Below, one piece after another: positions 1 to 10,538 of a DNA stretch of 64,000 nt. The DNA comes from Rhodobacterales bacterium. GTDB taxonomy: Bacteria; Pseudomonadota; Alphaproteobacteria; Rhodobacterales; Rhodobacteraceae. Made by a program: the position numbers and the translations under genes. The notes under the pieces were generated by a model. It did no database searches, was not told the DNA's origin, and saw only the letters and a list, made by a program, of their open reading frames with translations. The stretch lies in the NCBI GenBank assembly GCA_038209775.1, contig JBBQXK010000008.1, positions 6,649-70,648 on the forward strand, written 5' to 3'. How positions within the stretch are numbered: position 1 is the stretch's first letter; every line of letters starts with the position of its first letter.

Positions 1-539
1 TTTCGACCGAGAACTGGAAGCGGTCCACCGAAGAGGTGCTGGGCCTCATGTCGATCTTTGCCCGCTATATCCAGCGCGAGGCTGACCGGCTGGCGGCCGA
101 GGGTGTGCGGATGCGCTTCATCGGCGACCGCACAAGGCTTGACCCCAAGCTGCAACGCCTGATGGCGGGGATCGAGGCGCGGACGGCGGGCCTGACGCGG
201 CTGAACCTGACGGTCGCGATCAACTACGGCGGCCGTGACGAGATATTGCGCGCCGTGCGGGCCGTGGCGCGTGAGGCCGCCGACGGGCGGCTGGACCCTG
301 CCGATCTGACCGACGCCGCCCTGTCGGGCTGGCTGGATACGGCGGGCCTGCCCGACCCCGATCTGGTGATCCGCACCAGCGGTGAGACGCGCACCTCAAA
401 CTTCCTGCCCTGGCAGTCGGCCTATGCCGAATACGAATTCACCGAAACCCTCTGGCCCGACTTCACCCAAGCCGAGCTTGCCGCCATCCTTGACCGCTTT
501 GCCGCCCGCGACCGGCGCTTTGGCGGGGTGGCGCGGTGA
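1..539 (+). CDS. uppS: Undecaprenyl diphosphate synthase, C-terminal part (5' end lies outside the window)
   Basis: Frame 3 reads through from nt 3 (STENWKRSTEEV...). It contains the typical UppS C-terminal blocks INYGGRDEI, PDLVIRTSGE.R.SNFLPWQ.AY.E. It sits upstream of cdsA as in the conserved cluster. Confidence 0.9.
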   Translation, partial: STENWKRSTEEVLGLMSIFARYIQREADRLAAEGVRMRFIGDRTRLDPKLQRLMAGIEARTAGLTRLNLTVAINYGGRDEILRAVRAVAREAADGRLDPADLTDAALSGWLDTAGLPDPDLVIRTSGETRTSNFLPWQSAYAEYEFTETLWPDFTQAELAAILDRFAARDRRFGGVAR

Positions 540-1354
540 GTGTGCCCGCCCGCTGGCACGACCTGCGCACCCGGCTTTTGTCGGCGGCGGTGATGATCGG
601 AGTGGGCGCGGTTGAACTCTGGCTGGGCGGGCCGACCTTTGCCGCACTGGTGATCGTGCTGACGGCGGGGATGGTGTGGGAGGTTGCGCGGATCACTGCC
701 CCCGCGCACCGCGAGAACGCCGTGGCCCTGGGTCTGATCGCCGGGGCTGCGCTGCTGCTGGCCTTCACCAGCCGCGCCGAACTGGCAGCGGCGTTCCTGA
801 TGGCACCGGCCCTTGCCGTGGCCCTGACACCCCGGCGCGACCGCAGGCTGGCGGCGGGATGGGCGGCGGCGGTGATGGTGGCGGGCTATGGCCTTGTCAC
901 GCTGCGCGAGGCGGGCGGCACCGAGGCGGTGCTGTGGCTGATACTGGTGGTCGTGGTGTCGGACGTGATGGGGTACTTTGTGGGGCGTACCGTTGGCGGT
1001 CCGAAATTCTGGCCCAGCCTCAGCCCCAAGAAAACATGGTCGGGCACGGTTGCAGGCTGGGTCGGCGGCATTGCCGTGGCGGTGGGCTTTGTGGTGGCGG
1101 GGCATGCGTCGTGGTGGCTGGTCGTTCTGTCGCCGCTGGTGGCGCTGGCGGGCCAGATGGGCGACATCGCTGAAAGCTGGCTGAAACGCCGCGCCGGGGT
1201 CAAGGATTCGTCGCGCCTGATCCCCGGGCATGGCGGGCTTCTGGACCGGTTCGATGCGCTGACCGGCGCGGCGGTGTCGGTGATGGCGCTGGGGCTGTTC
1301 CTGAACCTGCCCTTGCCGGAACCCGCACCCTTTGCCACGGTAGCGGAGCCCTGA
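536..1354 (+). CDS. cdsA: Phosphatidate cytidylyltransferase
   Basis: Polytopic membrane protein with the CdsA signature SDVMGYFVGRTVGGPKFWPSLSPKKTWSG and C-terminal GHGGLLDRFD. The GTG start overlaps the uppS stop. Confidence 0.9.
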   Translation: MSVPARWHDLRTRLLSAAVMIGVGAVELWLGGPTFAALVIVLTAGMVWEVARITAPAHRENAVALGLIAGAALLLAFTSRAELAAAFLMAPALAVALTPRRDRRLAAGWAAAVMVAGYGLVTLREAGGTEAVLWLILVVVVSDVMGYFVGRTVGGPKFWPSLSPKKTWSGTVAGWVGGIAVAVGFVVAGHASWWLVVLSPLVALAGQMGDIAESWLKRRAGVKDSSRLIPGHGGLLDRFDALTGAAVSVMALGLFLNLPLPEPAPFATVAEP

Positions 1355-1357
1355 CCC

Positions 1358-2542
1358 ATGCGCAGCGTATCGGTCTTCGGGGCCACAGGGTCCATCGGCG
1401 AGAACACGTTTGACCTTCTGATGCGGGGCGGCGGGCCGGACGCCTATCGTACTGTGGCGCTGACCGGCGCGCGGAACATCACGCGGCTGGCCGAAATGGC
1501 CCGCGCCTTGCGCGCTGAGGTCGCGGTGACGGCAGAGGACGCGCTGCTGCCCGACCTTCGGGCAGCACTGGCCGGATCAGCCACCGAGGCCGCTGCTGGT
1601 CCGCAGGCGATTGCCGAGGCCGCCGACCGGCCCGCCGACTGGGTGATGAGCGGCATCGTGGGTGCCGCCGGCCTCGTGCCGGGGCTGAACGCACTGCGCA
1701 ACGGCGGTACGCTGGCGCTTGCGAACAAGGAGAGCCTGGTCACGGCAGGGCCGCTTCTGCTGGCCACGGCTGCCACCTATGGGGCGCGTATCCTGCCGGT
1801 GGACAGTGAACATTCCGCCGTTTTCCAGGCCCTTGCCGGTGAGGATATCGCCGCGGTCGAGCGGGTGATCATCACCGCGTCGGGTGGGCCGTTCCGCACC
1901 TGGGACCGGGCGCGTCTGGCGGCGGCCACAGTGCGCGAGGCGGTGGCGCATCCGAACTGGTCGATGGGGCAGCGGATTTCGATCGACAGCGCATCGATGT
2001 TCAACAAGGCGCTGGAACTGATCGAGACCCGCGAATACTTTGGCTTTGCCCCCGCGCAGATCGAGGTGCTGGTCCATCCGCAAAGCATCGTTCACGCAAT
2101 GGTGGGGTTTGTCGACGGCGGAGTGATGGCGCATATGGGCGCTCCCGACATGCGCCACGCCATCGGTTATGCCCTGCACTGGCCCGACCGCAAGCCCATC
2201 CCCGTGGCGCGGCTTAACCTCGCGCAGATTGGCAGCCTCAGCTTTGAAGCACCTGATCCTGAACGGTTTCCCGCGTTGCGGCTGGCCCGTGCCGTGATGG
2301 ACACGCGCGGCCTTGCGGGCTGCGCTTTCAACGCGGCCAAAGAGGTGGCGCTGGACCATTTCATCGCAGGCGGACTGCGGTTTCCGGAGATGGCCGATGT
2401 GGTCGAGGCCACACTCGACCACCTTTCGCGCGGAAATAGCCTTGGAAAAGCCGCCTCGACCCTTGAGGAGGTACAGGCGATGGACCATCTCGCACGAAAG
2501 ACCGCCAGCGAAGCGGTCGTCACACGGCAGCAAAGCAGGTAA
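1358..2542 (+). CDS. dxr: 1-deoxy-D-xylulose 5-phosphate reductoisomerase
   Basis: N-terminal GATGSIG NADPH motif, LANKESLV, PVDSEHSA and HPNWSMG blocks typical of Dxr. Conserved uppS-cdsA-dxr-rseP context. Confidence 0.95.
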   Translation: MRSVSVFGATGSIGENTFDLLMRGGGPDAYRTVALTGARNITRLAEMARALRAEVAVTAEDALLPDLRAALAGSATEAAAGPQAIAEAADRPADWVMSGIVGAAGLVPGLNALRNGGTLALANKESLVTAGPLLLATAATYGARILPVDSEHSAVFQALAGEDIAAVERVIITASGGPFRTWDRARLAAATVREAVAHPNWSMGQRISIDSASMFNKALELIETREYFGFAPAQIEVLVHPQSIVHAMVGFVDGGVMAHMGAPDMRHAIGYALHWPDRKPIPVARLNLAQIGSLSFEAPDPERFPALRLARAVMDTRGLAGCAFNAAKEVALDHFIAGGLRFPEMADVVEATLDHLSRGNSLGKAASTLEEVQAMDHLARKTASEAVVTRQQSR

Positions 2543-2545
2543 CCC

Positions 2546-3883
2546 TTGGATCTGATCGGCCTTATCCCCAGCTTCGGCAACCTTGCCTTCACCATCGTGG
2601 TCTTTGTGGTGGCCCTGTCGGTCATCGTGGCAGTCCACGAATACGGGCACTACATCGTGGGCCGCTGGTCGGGCATCCATGCCGATGTATTCTCACTGGG
2701 GTTCGGGCCGGTACTGTTCCGCCGGACCGACAAGCGCGGCACCCGCTGGCAACTGGCGGCGCTGCCCCTTGGTGGCTATGTCAAGTTCCGCGGTGACGCC
2801 GATGCGGCCTCGGGCAAGGACGGCGCAATGATGTCGCGCCTATCACCCGAAGAGCGGCGGCGCACGATGCACGGCGCACCCCTGTGGGCGCGGTCGGCCA
2901 CGGTGGCGGCGGGACCGGTGTTCAACTTCATCTTCTCGATCGTGATCTTTGCGGGCTACTTCCTTATCAACGGTATCAGCGGCGATACCCCGGTGGTGGG
3001 CAGCCTGAAACCGACCCCCTATGCCAACGAATCCCTTCTTCCGGGTGATCGCATCACCGCCGTCAACGGCATCGACACCCCCGACATGGAGAAGTTTGTA
3101 GAAGTCGCACGTGCCCTGCCGCCGACGCCTGCAGTGGCCTACACGGTGGACCGGGCGGGGCAGGTGGTGACCTTCGACGGCCCCTATCCCTTCCCCCCGT
3201 TGGCCGACCGGGTGCAACCGCAATCGGCGGCGCAGGATGTGGGGGTGGCGGCGGGCGACGTGGTGCTGTCCATCGACGGCACACCGGTGACAAGCTTTGA
3301 CGAATTGCGCACCATCGTCGGCGCGTCTGACGGCAAGCCGCTTTTGCTGAACGTCTGGCGCGCCGGGGAAACGGTGGACATCGCCCTTGTGCCCCGCCGG
3401 ATGGACCTGCCGAAACCCGAAGGCGGGTTTGAAACGCGGTGGCTGATCGGGCTGTCGGGGGGCCTCGTGTTCGTGCCCGAAACCCGCACGCCGGGGGTGT
3501 TCGAATCGGTCAGCCTCGCGGGTCAGGAAACCTGGCGCATCGCCACCACCTCGCTGTCGGGGTTGTGGCACATGGTGTCGGGCGCAATTTCGTCGTGCAA
3601 CCTGCAGGGCCCCATTGGCATTGCCGAAACCTCGGGTGATGCGGCGTCGCAGGGGGTGGAAAGCTTTATCCTGTTCATCGCGATGCTGTCCACTGCCGTG
3701 GGCCTTCTGAATCTGTTCCCGGTCCCGGTGCTGGACGGCGGCCATCTGGTGTTCCACGCCTTTGAGGCCGTGACGGGCCGCCCGCCCAGCGACCGCGCCC
3801 TGCGGATCCTGATGACGGCGGGGATCACGCTGGTGCTGGGGCTGATGGTTTTCGCGCTTGGCAACGATCTGTTCTGTCCCTGA
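2546..3883 (+). CDS. rseP: RIP zinc metalloprotease RseP (site-2 protease, PDZ-containing)
   Basis: HEYGHY zinc motif in the first TM region, internal PDZ-like segments, and a C-terminal NLFPVPVLDGGH motif. TTG start at 2546. Confidence 0.9.
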   Translation: MDLIGLIPSFGNLAFTIVVFVVALSVIVAVHEYGHYIVGRWSGIHADVFSLGFGPVLFRRTDKRGTRWQLAALPLGGYVKFRGDADAASGKDGAMMSRLSPEERRRTMHGAPLWARSATVAAGPVFNFIFSIVIFAGYFLINGISGDTPVVGSLKPTPYANESLLPGDRITAVNGIDTPDMEKFVEVARALPPTPAVAYTVDRAGQVVTFDGPYPFPPLADRVQPQSAAQDVGVAAGDVVLSIDGTPVTSFDELRTIVGASDGKPLLLNVWRAGETVDIALVPRRMDLPKPEGGFETRWLIGLSGGLVFVPETRTPGVFESVSLAGQETWRIATTSLSGLWHMVSGAISSCNLQGPIGIAETSGDAASQGVESFILFIAMLSTAVGLLNLFPVPVLDGGHLVFHAFEAVTGRPPSDRALRILMTAGITLVLGLMVFALGNDLFCP

Positions 3884-4266
3884 GCGCAATCTGTCATCAG
3901 TGCCGCCGCAGACTTGCCACAATCGCGGATTAGAAAGCCGCCATTCGTGGGTGAGGAGTGGCGTCAGATGCAGACCATGGTTCAAGGATATCGCGGCTTG
4001 CGGCTGTTGGTGAACCTGAACTGGGGTCACCTGTTTTCGGTCTGCATCATCCTGATCTCGATGTTCACCTGTGCCTTCGCCATCGACGCGATGACACCGC
4101 GCTGAACCGCCGGTACCAACTTATCAACAGCCATCTTGCAGGCCCTTGCAGCGATTGCCGAAACCCCTCGTCGCCGCTTTTGACAAGCCCCGCCATACCC
4201 GTTAGTCAGACCTGAGACGTAGTTTGCAGGCGAGGCTAGACGATGGATGTTGCGGCAGGAACCACC

Positions 4267-6606
4267 ATGACGCGCAAGATGTTGGGCCTGTCACCCCTCC
4301 GCCGGGCGCTTTTGACGGTTTTCCTTGCCCTTGCAACGCTTTGCATTGGAACCTTGACACAGGCCCGCGCCCAGACCTTTTCCTTTTCGAACGTTGTCAT
4401 CGAGGGCAACGAGCGCGTTGATCCTTCGACCATCCTCGCATTCGCGGGAATCGGGCGCGGACAGCCGGTTACGGCGGGGGGGCTGAATGATGCCTACCAG
4501 CGTCTGGTCGACGCCAATCTCTTTGAAACTGTCGAACTTGTGCCACAGGGTGGAACGCTGTTGATCCGGGTGCAGGAGCTGCCCACGATCAACGTGATCG
4601 ACTTTCAGGGCAACAAGCGGCTGAAGGACGAGGCCCTGGCGGCCATCGTCCGCTCACAGGCCCGGCGCGCCTATTCGCCCTCGCAGGCCGAGGCGGACGC
4701 GGCGGCCATCACCGACGCCTACGAAGAGGCGGGCCGCTATGCCGCCACGGTCGAACCCCGCATCATCCGCCGCGATGGTAACCGCGTCGATCTGGTGTTC
4801 GAAGTGCGCGAAGGTGCCGTCGTCGAGGTCGAGCGTCTGGCGTTTGTCGGCAACCGCGCCTATTCCGACCGCCGCCTGCGTCAGGTGCTGCAGACCAAGC
4901 AGGCCGGCCTGTTTCGCCAACTGATCGGGCGCGACACCTTTTCGGCCGACCGCGTGGAATTCGACAAGCAGCTTTTGCGCGACTTCTACCAATCGCGCGG
5001 CTTCATCGACTTTCAGGTTCTGGATGCCGGTTCCGAAATCACCCGCGAACGCGATGCGTTCTTCATCACCTTTACGGTGCGGGAGGGTCAAAGCTACCGG
5101 ATCGGTGATGTGTCGACCGTGTCCGAGGTTGAGGGCATTGATGCAGCCGAATTCGGGGCGCTGGTCAAGTTGCGCCCGGGGGTCACCTATTCGCCGTCGA
5201 TCATCGACACCAACATCACCCGGCTGGAGGGCCTTGCGCAACGCAAGGGGCTGAACTTCATCCGGGTTGAGCCGCGGACCACGCGGAACGACCGCAATCT
5301 GACGCTGGACATCGAGTTTGCCATCGTCCGGGGCGAGCGGATCTTTGTCGAACGCATCGACATCGAGGGCAACACCACCACCCGTGACGACGTGGTGCGC
5401 CGCCAGTTCCGCAGCGTCGAGGGTGACCCCTTCAACCCGCGCGAAATCCGCCAGGCCGCCGAACGCATCCGCGCGCTTGGCTTTTTCACCACGGCTGATG
5501 TCGAGGCTGAACCGGGGTCGGCGCCCGATCAGGTGGTGGTCAACGTGGACGTGGCCGAGCAACCAACCGGCACATTGGGCTTTGGCCTGACCTATGGCGC
5601 GGATTCCGGGCCGGGCATATCGGTCAACTTCGAAGAGACGAACTTTCTCGGGCGTGGCCAGACAGTGGGCCTGAGTGTGCAGTCGGGCACCGACAACGCT
5701 GACGCCAGCTTCAACTTTGCCGAACCGGCCTTCCTTGGGCGCGATCTGCGGTTCGGGTTGGAACTGTACTACCGCGAGACTGACAACCAGAATTCGGCCT
5801 ACAGCACCCGCAACCTGGGCTTTCGCCCGTCGCTTGGGTTTCCCGTGGGCCAGAACACACGTCTTGACCTGCGCTATCGGATATCCCAGGACGAGATCAG
5901 GAACGTGCCCGTCGGCAGCTCGGCCATTCTGCAGCGCGAGGGGGCACTGGGCGCTCTGGTCACCTCATCGCTTGGCTATACGCTCAGCTATGACACGCGT
6001 CGCACGGGGTTGAACCCCAAGGGTGGCGTGCTGTTCCGGTTCTCGCAGGATTTTGCGGGGCTGGGCGGTGACACGACCTATGTCTCTACGACGGCCCTGG
6101 CACAGGTCGAACAGCGTATCCTGAACGACGATGTGACGCTGCGCGCCGTGTTCGAGGGGGGCGTCCTTGCCACCAGCGGCGACAGCCCGTCGCGGCTGAC
6201 CGAGCGGTTCTTTGGAAACGGCAAGATCCGGGGTTTCGAAGGCAATGGCATCGGCCCGCGTGATCTATCGTCGCCGAACCAGGATGGGCTTGGCGGCAAT
6301 GCCTTTGTCGCCGCCCGGTTCGAGGCCGAGTTTCCGGTGGGTCTGCCGGAAGAGTACGGCATCCGGGGCGGCGTGTTCCTGGACGTGGGCTCGGTCTGGG
6401 GCCTGGATGACCGCAATGGAACCGGCGCGCAGCCGAATGGCGATGCACTTGTCGATGACAGCTTTCAGCTGCGGTCGGCCATCGGGGTGTCGATCTTCTG
6501 GACGACGCCGATCGGCCCGTTGCGGTTCAACCTGTCCAAGGCGCTGGAAAAGCAGGACTATGACAACGAGCAGACCTTTGATCTGACGATCTCGACCTCA
6601 TTCTGA
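4267..6606 (+). CDS. bamA: Outer membrane protein assembly factor BamA
   Basis: Signal peptide (MTRKMLGLSPLRRALLTVFLALATLCIGTLTQARAQ), POTRA-like repeats (I.V.GN.R), a C-terminal beta-barrel and a terminal aromatic residue (..TISTSF). The start is chosen at the Met preceding the signal peptide; the ORF track starts at 4243. Confidence 0.93.
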   Translation: MTRKMLGLSPLRRALLTVFLALATLCIGTLTQARAQTFSFSNVVIEGNERVDPSTILAFAGIGRGQPVTAGGLNDAYQRLVDANLFETVELVPQGGTLLIRVQELPTINVIDFQGNKRLKDEALAAIVRSQARRAYSPSQAEADAAAITDAYEEAGRYAATVEPRIIRRDGNRVDLVFEVREGAVVEVERLAFVGNRAYSDRRLRQVLQTKQAGLFRQLIGRDTFSADRVEFDKQLLRDFYQSRGFIDFQVLDAGSEITRERDAFFITFTVREGQSYRIGDVSTVSEVEGIDAAEFGALVKLRPGVTYSPSIIDTNITRLEGLAQRKGLNFIRVEPRTTRNDRNLTLDIEFAIVRGERIFVERIDIEGNTTTRDDVVRRQFRSVEGDPFNPREIRQAAERIRALGFFTTADVEAEPGSAPDQVVVNVDVAEQPTGTLGFGLTYGADSGPGISVNFEETNFLGRGQTVGLSVQSGTDNADASFNFAEPAFLGRDLRFGLELYYRETDNQNSAYSTRNLGFRPSLGFPVGQNTRLDLRYRISQDEIRNVPVGSSAILQREGALGALVTSSLGYTLSYDTRRTGLNPKGGVLFRFSQDFAGLGGDTTYVSTTALAQVEQRILNDDVTLRAVFEGGVLATSGDSPSRLTERFFGNGKIRGFEGNGIGPRDLSSPNQDGLGGNAFVAARFEAEFPVGLPEEYGIRGGVFLDVGSVWGLDDRNGTGAQPNGDALVDDSFQLRSAIGVSIFWTTPIGPLRFNLSKALEKQDYDNEQTFDLTISTSF

Positions 6607-7178
6607 TGCGCGTGGCGCTGGTCCTGGCGGCGGCGCTGTTGCTGCCAACGGGGGGCATGGCACAGGAGGTGATCCCGCAAGAGGCACCCCGCGCGCCGGT
6701 ACCGCCGCCGGTGCTCGTGGTGAACCAGGACGCGATGTTTGAGCAATCGGCGTTTGGGCGCGCTGCCAAGACCCGACTTGAAGCGGCATCGGCGACGCTT
6801 GTATCCGAAAACCGCGCGATCGAAGCCGCGCTGGAAGCGGAAGAGCGCAGCCTGACCGAACGGCGTGCCAACCTGCCACCTGCCGAGTTCCGCGCCCTGG
6901 CCGAGGCGTTCAACACCAAGGTGGAAGGCATCCGAAAGGCGCAGGATTCCAAGTCGCGGTCGATCACGCGCGTGCGCGACGAAGACCGTCAGCAGTTCTT
7001 TGCCGCCGCAGCACCGGTCCTGGAACAGATCCTGCGCGAACAGGGTGCCGTGGTGGTGCTGGAACGACGGCAGGTCGTCCGCAGCCTGGAGCGGATCGAC
7101 ATTACCGCCCTTGCCGTCCGGCGAATGGATGAAGAGATCGGCACTGGCACATTGTCTGCCGAGCCGCCGCAACCCTGA
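6606..7178 (+). CDS. OmpH/Skp-family periplasmic chaperone
   Basis: Signal peptide followed by a long charged coiled-coil-like region. Located immediately downstream of bamA, with start and stop overlapping (TGATG). Confidence 0.75.
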   Translation: MRVALVLAAALLLPTGGMAQEVIPQEAPRAPVPPPVLVVNQDAMFEQSAFGRAAKTRLEAASATLVSENRAIEAALEAEERSLTERRANLPPAEFRALAEAFNTKVEGIRKAQDSKSRSITRVRDEDRQQFFAAAAPVLEQILREQGAVVVLERRQVVRSLERIDITALAVRRMDEEIGTGTLSAEPPQP

Positions 7179-7267
7179 CAAACCCGGCCGGTGCGGGCTG
7201 TCGCCGACTTGCCGCGTGCGGTGTGACTTGCTACTCAGAAATCAGGACCGTCAAGAAGGACACCGCG

Positions 7268-7756
7268 ATGCCTGCAGACCATCCGGCGACCCCCGCCCTA
7301 GGCACTGCTTCCACCACTGCCGACCTTGACCTGATCCAGCGGATCATTCCACACCGCTATCCGTTTCTGCTGATCGACCGGGTGCGCGATGTGGTGGTTA
7401 ACCAGTCCTGCGTCGGCATCAAGAACGTCACCTACAACGAGCCGCAGTTCCAGGGCCATTTCCCGGGGATGCCGATCCTGCCCGGGGTCATGATCATCGA
7501 GGCGATGGCGCAGACGGCGGGTGTGCTGGTCGGGTTGTCGATGGATCTGGTGGACCGCAACGCCAAGGTGTTCTTCATGGGCGTCGAGGGGGCCAAGTTC
7601 CGCCGCAAGGTGATTCCCGGCGACGTGCTGGAACTGCATGTCAAGGCGTTGCGCGGTGGAGGCCGGGTGTGGAAATTCGAGGGCCGCGCCATGGTCGGGG
7701 CCGAGCTTGCCTGTGAGGCGATCTATACTGCGATGTTCGAAGTGCCCAAGGCATGA
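7268..7756 (+). CDS. fabZ: 3-hydroxyacyl-ACP dehydratase FabZ
   Basis: [14 protein letters not shown] and HFPG.PI.PGV..IEA.AQ hot-dog motifs. ATG at 7268; the ORF track starts at 7223. Confidence 0.93.
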   Translation: MPADHPATPALGTASTTADLDLIQRIIPHRYPFLLIDRVRDVVVNQSCVGIKNVTYNEPQFQGHFPGMPILPGVMIIEAMAQTAGVLVGLSMDLVDRNAKVFFMGVEGAKFRRKVIPGDVLELHVKALRGGGRVWKFEGRAMVGAELACEAIYTAMFEVPKA

Positions 7757-8547
7757 CCCACCCCACGGCCCGTATCCACCCCACGGCCCTGGTCGATCCG
7801 GCGGCAAGCATCGGTGCAGGGGTTGCCATCGGCCCCTTCGTGGTGATCGGCCCCGAGGTGACGCTGGCACCCGGTGTCACGGTCAAATCCCACGCCGTTG
7901 TCACCGGCTGGACCGACATCGGCGAGGGCAGCACGATCTTTCCCTTTGCGACCGTGGGCGAGGTACCGCAGGATCTGAAATATGCGGGCCAGCGCACCCG
8001 GCTGTCCGTCGGTGCCCGCTGCCGCATCCGCGAAGGGGCGACGCTGAACACCGGCACCGAGGGCGGCGGCGGCGTGACGCGGGTGGGCGATGACTGCCTG
8101 ATCATGACCGGCGCGCATGTGGGCCACGATGCCCAGATCGGCAACCGGGTGATCCTTGTCAATCATGTGGCGATTGCCGGGCATTGCCATTTGGGGGATG
8201 ACGTGATCGTGGGCGGCCTGTCGGGCGTCCACCAATTCGTGCGCATCGGGCGCGGGGCGATCATCGGGGCGGTCACCATGGTGACGAACGACGTCATCCC
8301 CTTTGGTCTGGTGCAGGCCCCGAGGGGAGAGTTGGACGGGTTGAACCTTGTCGGCCTGAAACGCCGGGGGGTCGAGCGGGCCGAGATCACCGCGCTGCGG
8401 GCGGCCTATCAGATGTTGGCGCAGGGGGATGGCACGTTCCTTGACCGCGCGCGCAGGCTGGCCGATGAAACCGACAGCCTTCATGTGCGCGAGTTGACCG
8501 ACTTTATCCTGTCGGCTTCCGACCGCAGCTTTCTCACCCCCAAATGA
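7753..8547 (+). CDS. lpxA: Acyl-ACP--UDP-N-acetylglucosamine O-acyltransferase
   Basis: Left-handed beta-helix hexapeptide repeats, IHPTA N-terminus and a C-terminal helical domain. fabZ-lpxA context. Confidence 0.93.
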   Translation: MTHPTARIHPTALVDPAASIGAGVAIGPFVVIGPEVTLAPGVTVKSHAVVTGWTDIGEGSTIFPFATVGEVPQDLKYAGQRTRLSVGARCRIREGATLNTGTEGGGGVTRVGDDCLIMTGAHVGHDAQIGNRVILVNHVAIAGHCHLGDDVIVGGLSGVHQFVRIGRGAIIGAVTMVTNDVIPFGLVQAPRGELDGLNLVGLKRRGVERAEITALRAAYQMLAQGDGTFLDRARRLADETDSLHVRELTDFILSASDRSFLTPK

Positions 8548-9362
8548 CCGGCCGCACCGCGCTGATTGCCGGCCGTGGCACCTTGCCCGCCACGCTGTTC
8601 AGCGCCGCCGCCACCCCCCCGTTCGTGGCCGCAATCGAGGGGTTCCCCCCCGATGGCCTGACCCCCGACCTGACCTTTCGTCTTGAACGTCTGATGCCAT
8701 TCCTTGCCGCGCTGCATGATGCGGGGGTCGATCGGGTGGTCTTCGCAGGGGCCGTCACCCGCCCCGCCAGCATCGAGGCCGGCCTGGTCGATCCGGCCAC
8801 CGCAACCGTCCTGCCAGCACTTCTGACAGCAATGCGGGCAGGCGACGACGACGCGCTGCGCGCCGTGATCGCGTTGTTTGAAGGAAATGACCTTGCCGTT
8901 GCAGGCCCGGGTGACCTTGCCCCGGACCTCATGCCGGCCGCGGGCCTGCTGACCGGCACCCTGTCGGCCCGGGATGAGGCTGACGCCGCCCGTGCCGCGC
9001 TGATCGTCGATGCCCTTGGCCGCGTCGATGTGGGGCAGGGGGCTGTGGTGCAGCAGGGCCTTTGCCTTGCGGTCGAGGCACTGCCGGGCACCGATGCGAT
9101 GCTGGCCGATGTGGCGCGCATTGCCCCCGCGCTGCGCCCCGGTTCGGCCATGGGAAGGGGTCTGTTGTACAAGGCCCCGAAACCCGGGCAGGACCGCCGC
9201 ATCGACCTGCCCACCATCGGCCCAGCCACCGTGGCCGCAGTGGCGGGTGCGGGCCTTGGTGGCATTGCGTTTCAGGCAGGGGGCACCATTCTTCTGGACC
9301 GCGCCGCCACCATCGCCGCCTGTGACGCGGCGGGCCTGTTCCTGTGGTCGCGCGCACCATGA
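8544..9362 (+). CDS. lpxI: UDP-2,3-diacylglucosamine pyrophosphatase LpxI (DUF1009 family)
   Basis: Lies between lpxA and lpxB, as in alphaproteobacteria that lack lpxH. N-terminal LIAG.G.LP and C-terminal DLPTIG motifs. Start and stop overlap both neighbours. Confidence 0.8.
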   Translation: MTGRTALIAGRGTLPATLFSAAATPPFVAAIEGFPPDGLTPDLTFRLERLMPFLAALHDAGVDRVVFAGAVTRPASIEAGLVDPATATVLPALLTAMRAGDDDALRAVIALFEGNDLAVAGPGDLAPDLMPAAGLLTGTLSARDEADAARAALIVDALGRVDVGQGAVVQQGLCLAVEALPGTDAMLADVARIAPALRPGSAMGRGLLYKAPKPGQDRRIDLPTIGPATVAAVAGAGLGGIAFQAGGTILLDRAATIAACDAAGLFLWSRAP

Positions 9363-10489
9363 AGCTGTTCCTCGTGGCAGGCGAGCCTTCGGGTGACCGG
9401 CTGGGGGGCGCGCTGATGGCCGGGCTGGCTAGCCTCGCCCCCGGGATCGCCTATGACGGCATCGGCGGGCCCGAGATGGAGCGGCAGGGACTGCACAGCC
9501 GATTTCCCATGCAAGAGTTGTCGGTGATGGGCATTGCCGAGGTGCTGCCGAAATACCGGCACCTGAAACGCCGCATTGCCGAGGTGGCGGCGGCGGTGAT
9601 TGCCATGAACCCCGACGCCCTTGTCACCATCGACAGCCCCGATTTTTGTCTGCGCGTGGCAGCACTGGTCAAGGCGGCGCGGCCCGATCTGCGGACGATC
9701 CACTATGTGGCACCTTCCGTCTGGGCGTGGCGGCCCGGGCGCGCGGCGAAAATGGCGCGGGTGATCGACCACGTTCTGGCGCTGTTGCCGTTCGAGCCGC
9801 CCCTTATAACCGCCGCCGGCATGACCTGCGATTTCGTGGGCCACCCTGTGGTCGCCGAACTGCTGGCCACACCGCGCGAATCAGACGTGTTGCGCGGGTC
9901 CAGCCCGCTGATCCTGGCCCTGCCCGGATCGCGCAAGGGCGAGGTTATCCGTCTGGCTCCCGTCATCGGCACGACCCTTGCCTTGTTGAAGCCCCGCTTT
10001 CCCGGCCTGCGCGTGGCCTTGCCGACGGTGCCGGCGCTTGGCCCCCTTGTCCGCGATCTGGTGCGCGACTGGCCGGTTCGCCCCGAGGTGATCGAACAGG
10101 CGGACCGCAAGCGTGCGGCTTTTGGCGCGGCGGATGTCGCGATTGCAGCGTCGGGCACAGTATCGCTGGAACTGGCTGCGAATGCCTGCCCGATGGTGAT
10201 TGCCTATGACATGCACCCGATCACCCTGTGGTTGATGCGGCGCATGGCGCAGGTGGATACGGTGACGCTGGTGAACCTTGTCAGCGAAACGCGCGTCGTG
10301 CCCGAGTTCATCGGCCGCGACTGCCGAGCCGCCCGCATCGCCCCCGCCCTTGCACGGCTTTTGACCGACCGGCAGGCGCAAGAGGCACAGCGCGAAGCGA
10401 TGGCGGTGACGATGCTACGATTGGGGCAGGGGGGCGAGGCACCGGGGGTGCGGGCCGCGCGGTCGGTGCTGTCAGTCCTCGGCGCGTAG
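9359..10489 (+). CDS. lpxB: Lipid-A-disaccharide synthase
   Basis: MKLFLVAGEPSGD N-terminus, IHYV.PSVWAWR and ASGTVSLE blocks. ATG at 9359; the ORF track starts at 9344. Confidence 0.9.
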   Translation: MKLFLVAGEPSGDRLGGALMAGLASLAPGIAYDGIGGPEMERQGLHSRFPMQELSVMGIAEVLPKYRHLKRRIAEVAAAVIAMNPDALVTIDSPDFCLRVAALVKAARPDLRTIHYVAPSVWAWRPGRAAKMARVIDHVLALLPFEPPLITAAGMTCDFVGHPVVAELLATPRESDVLRGSSPLILALPGSRKGEVIRLAPVIGTTLALLKPRFPGLRVALPTVPALGPLVRDLVRDWPVRPEVIEQADRKRAAFGAADVAIAASGTVSLELAANACPMVIAYDMHPITLWLMRRMAQVDTVTLVNLVSETRVVPEFIGRDCRAARIAPALARLLTDRQAQEAQREAMAVTMLRLGQGGEAPGVRAARSVLSVLGA

Positions 10490-10538
10490 CGCAGGGTTTA
10501 CCCCGCCAACCACCGCGACCGGCGGGGTGAACCCCGCC

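Noticed and set aside
10501-10528. Inverted repeat CCCCGCC-N14-GGCGGGG between the convergent lpxB and mnmA genes
   Set aside because: It is plausibly a bidirectional terminator stem, but it lacks flanking A or T tracts. GC-rich 7-mers of this kind are frequent in this genome, so I left it unannotated.
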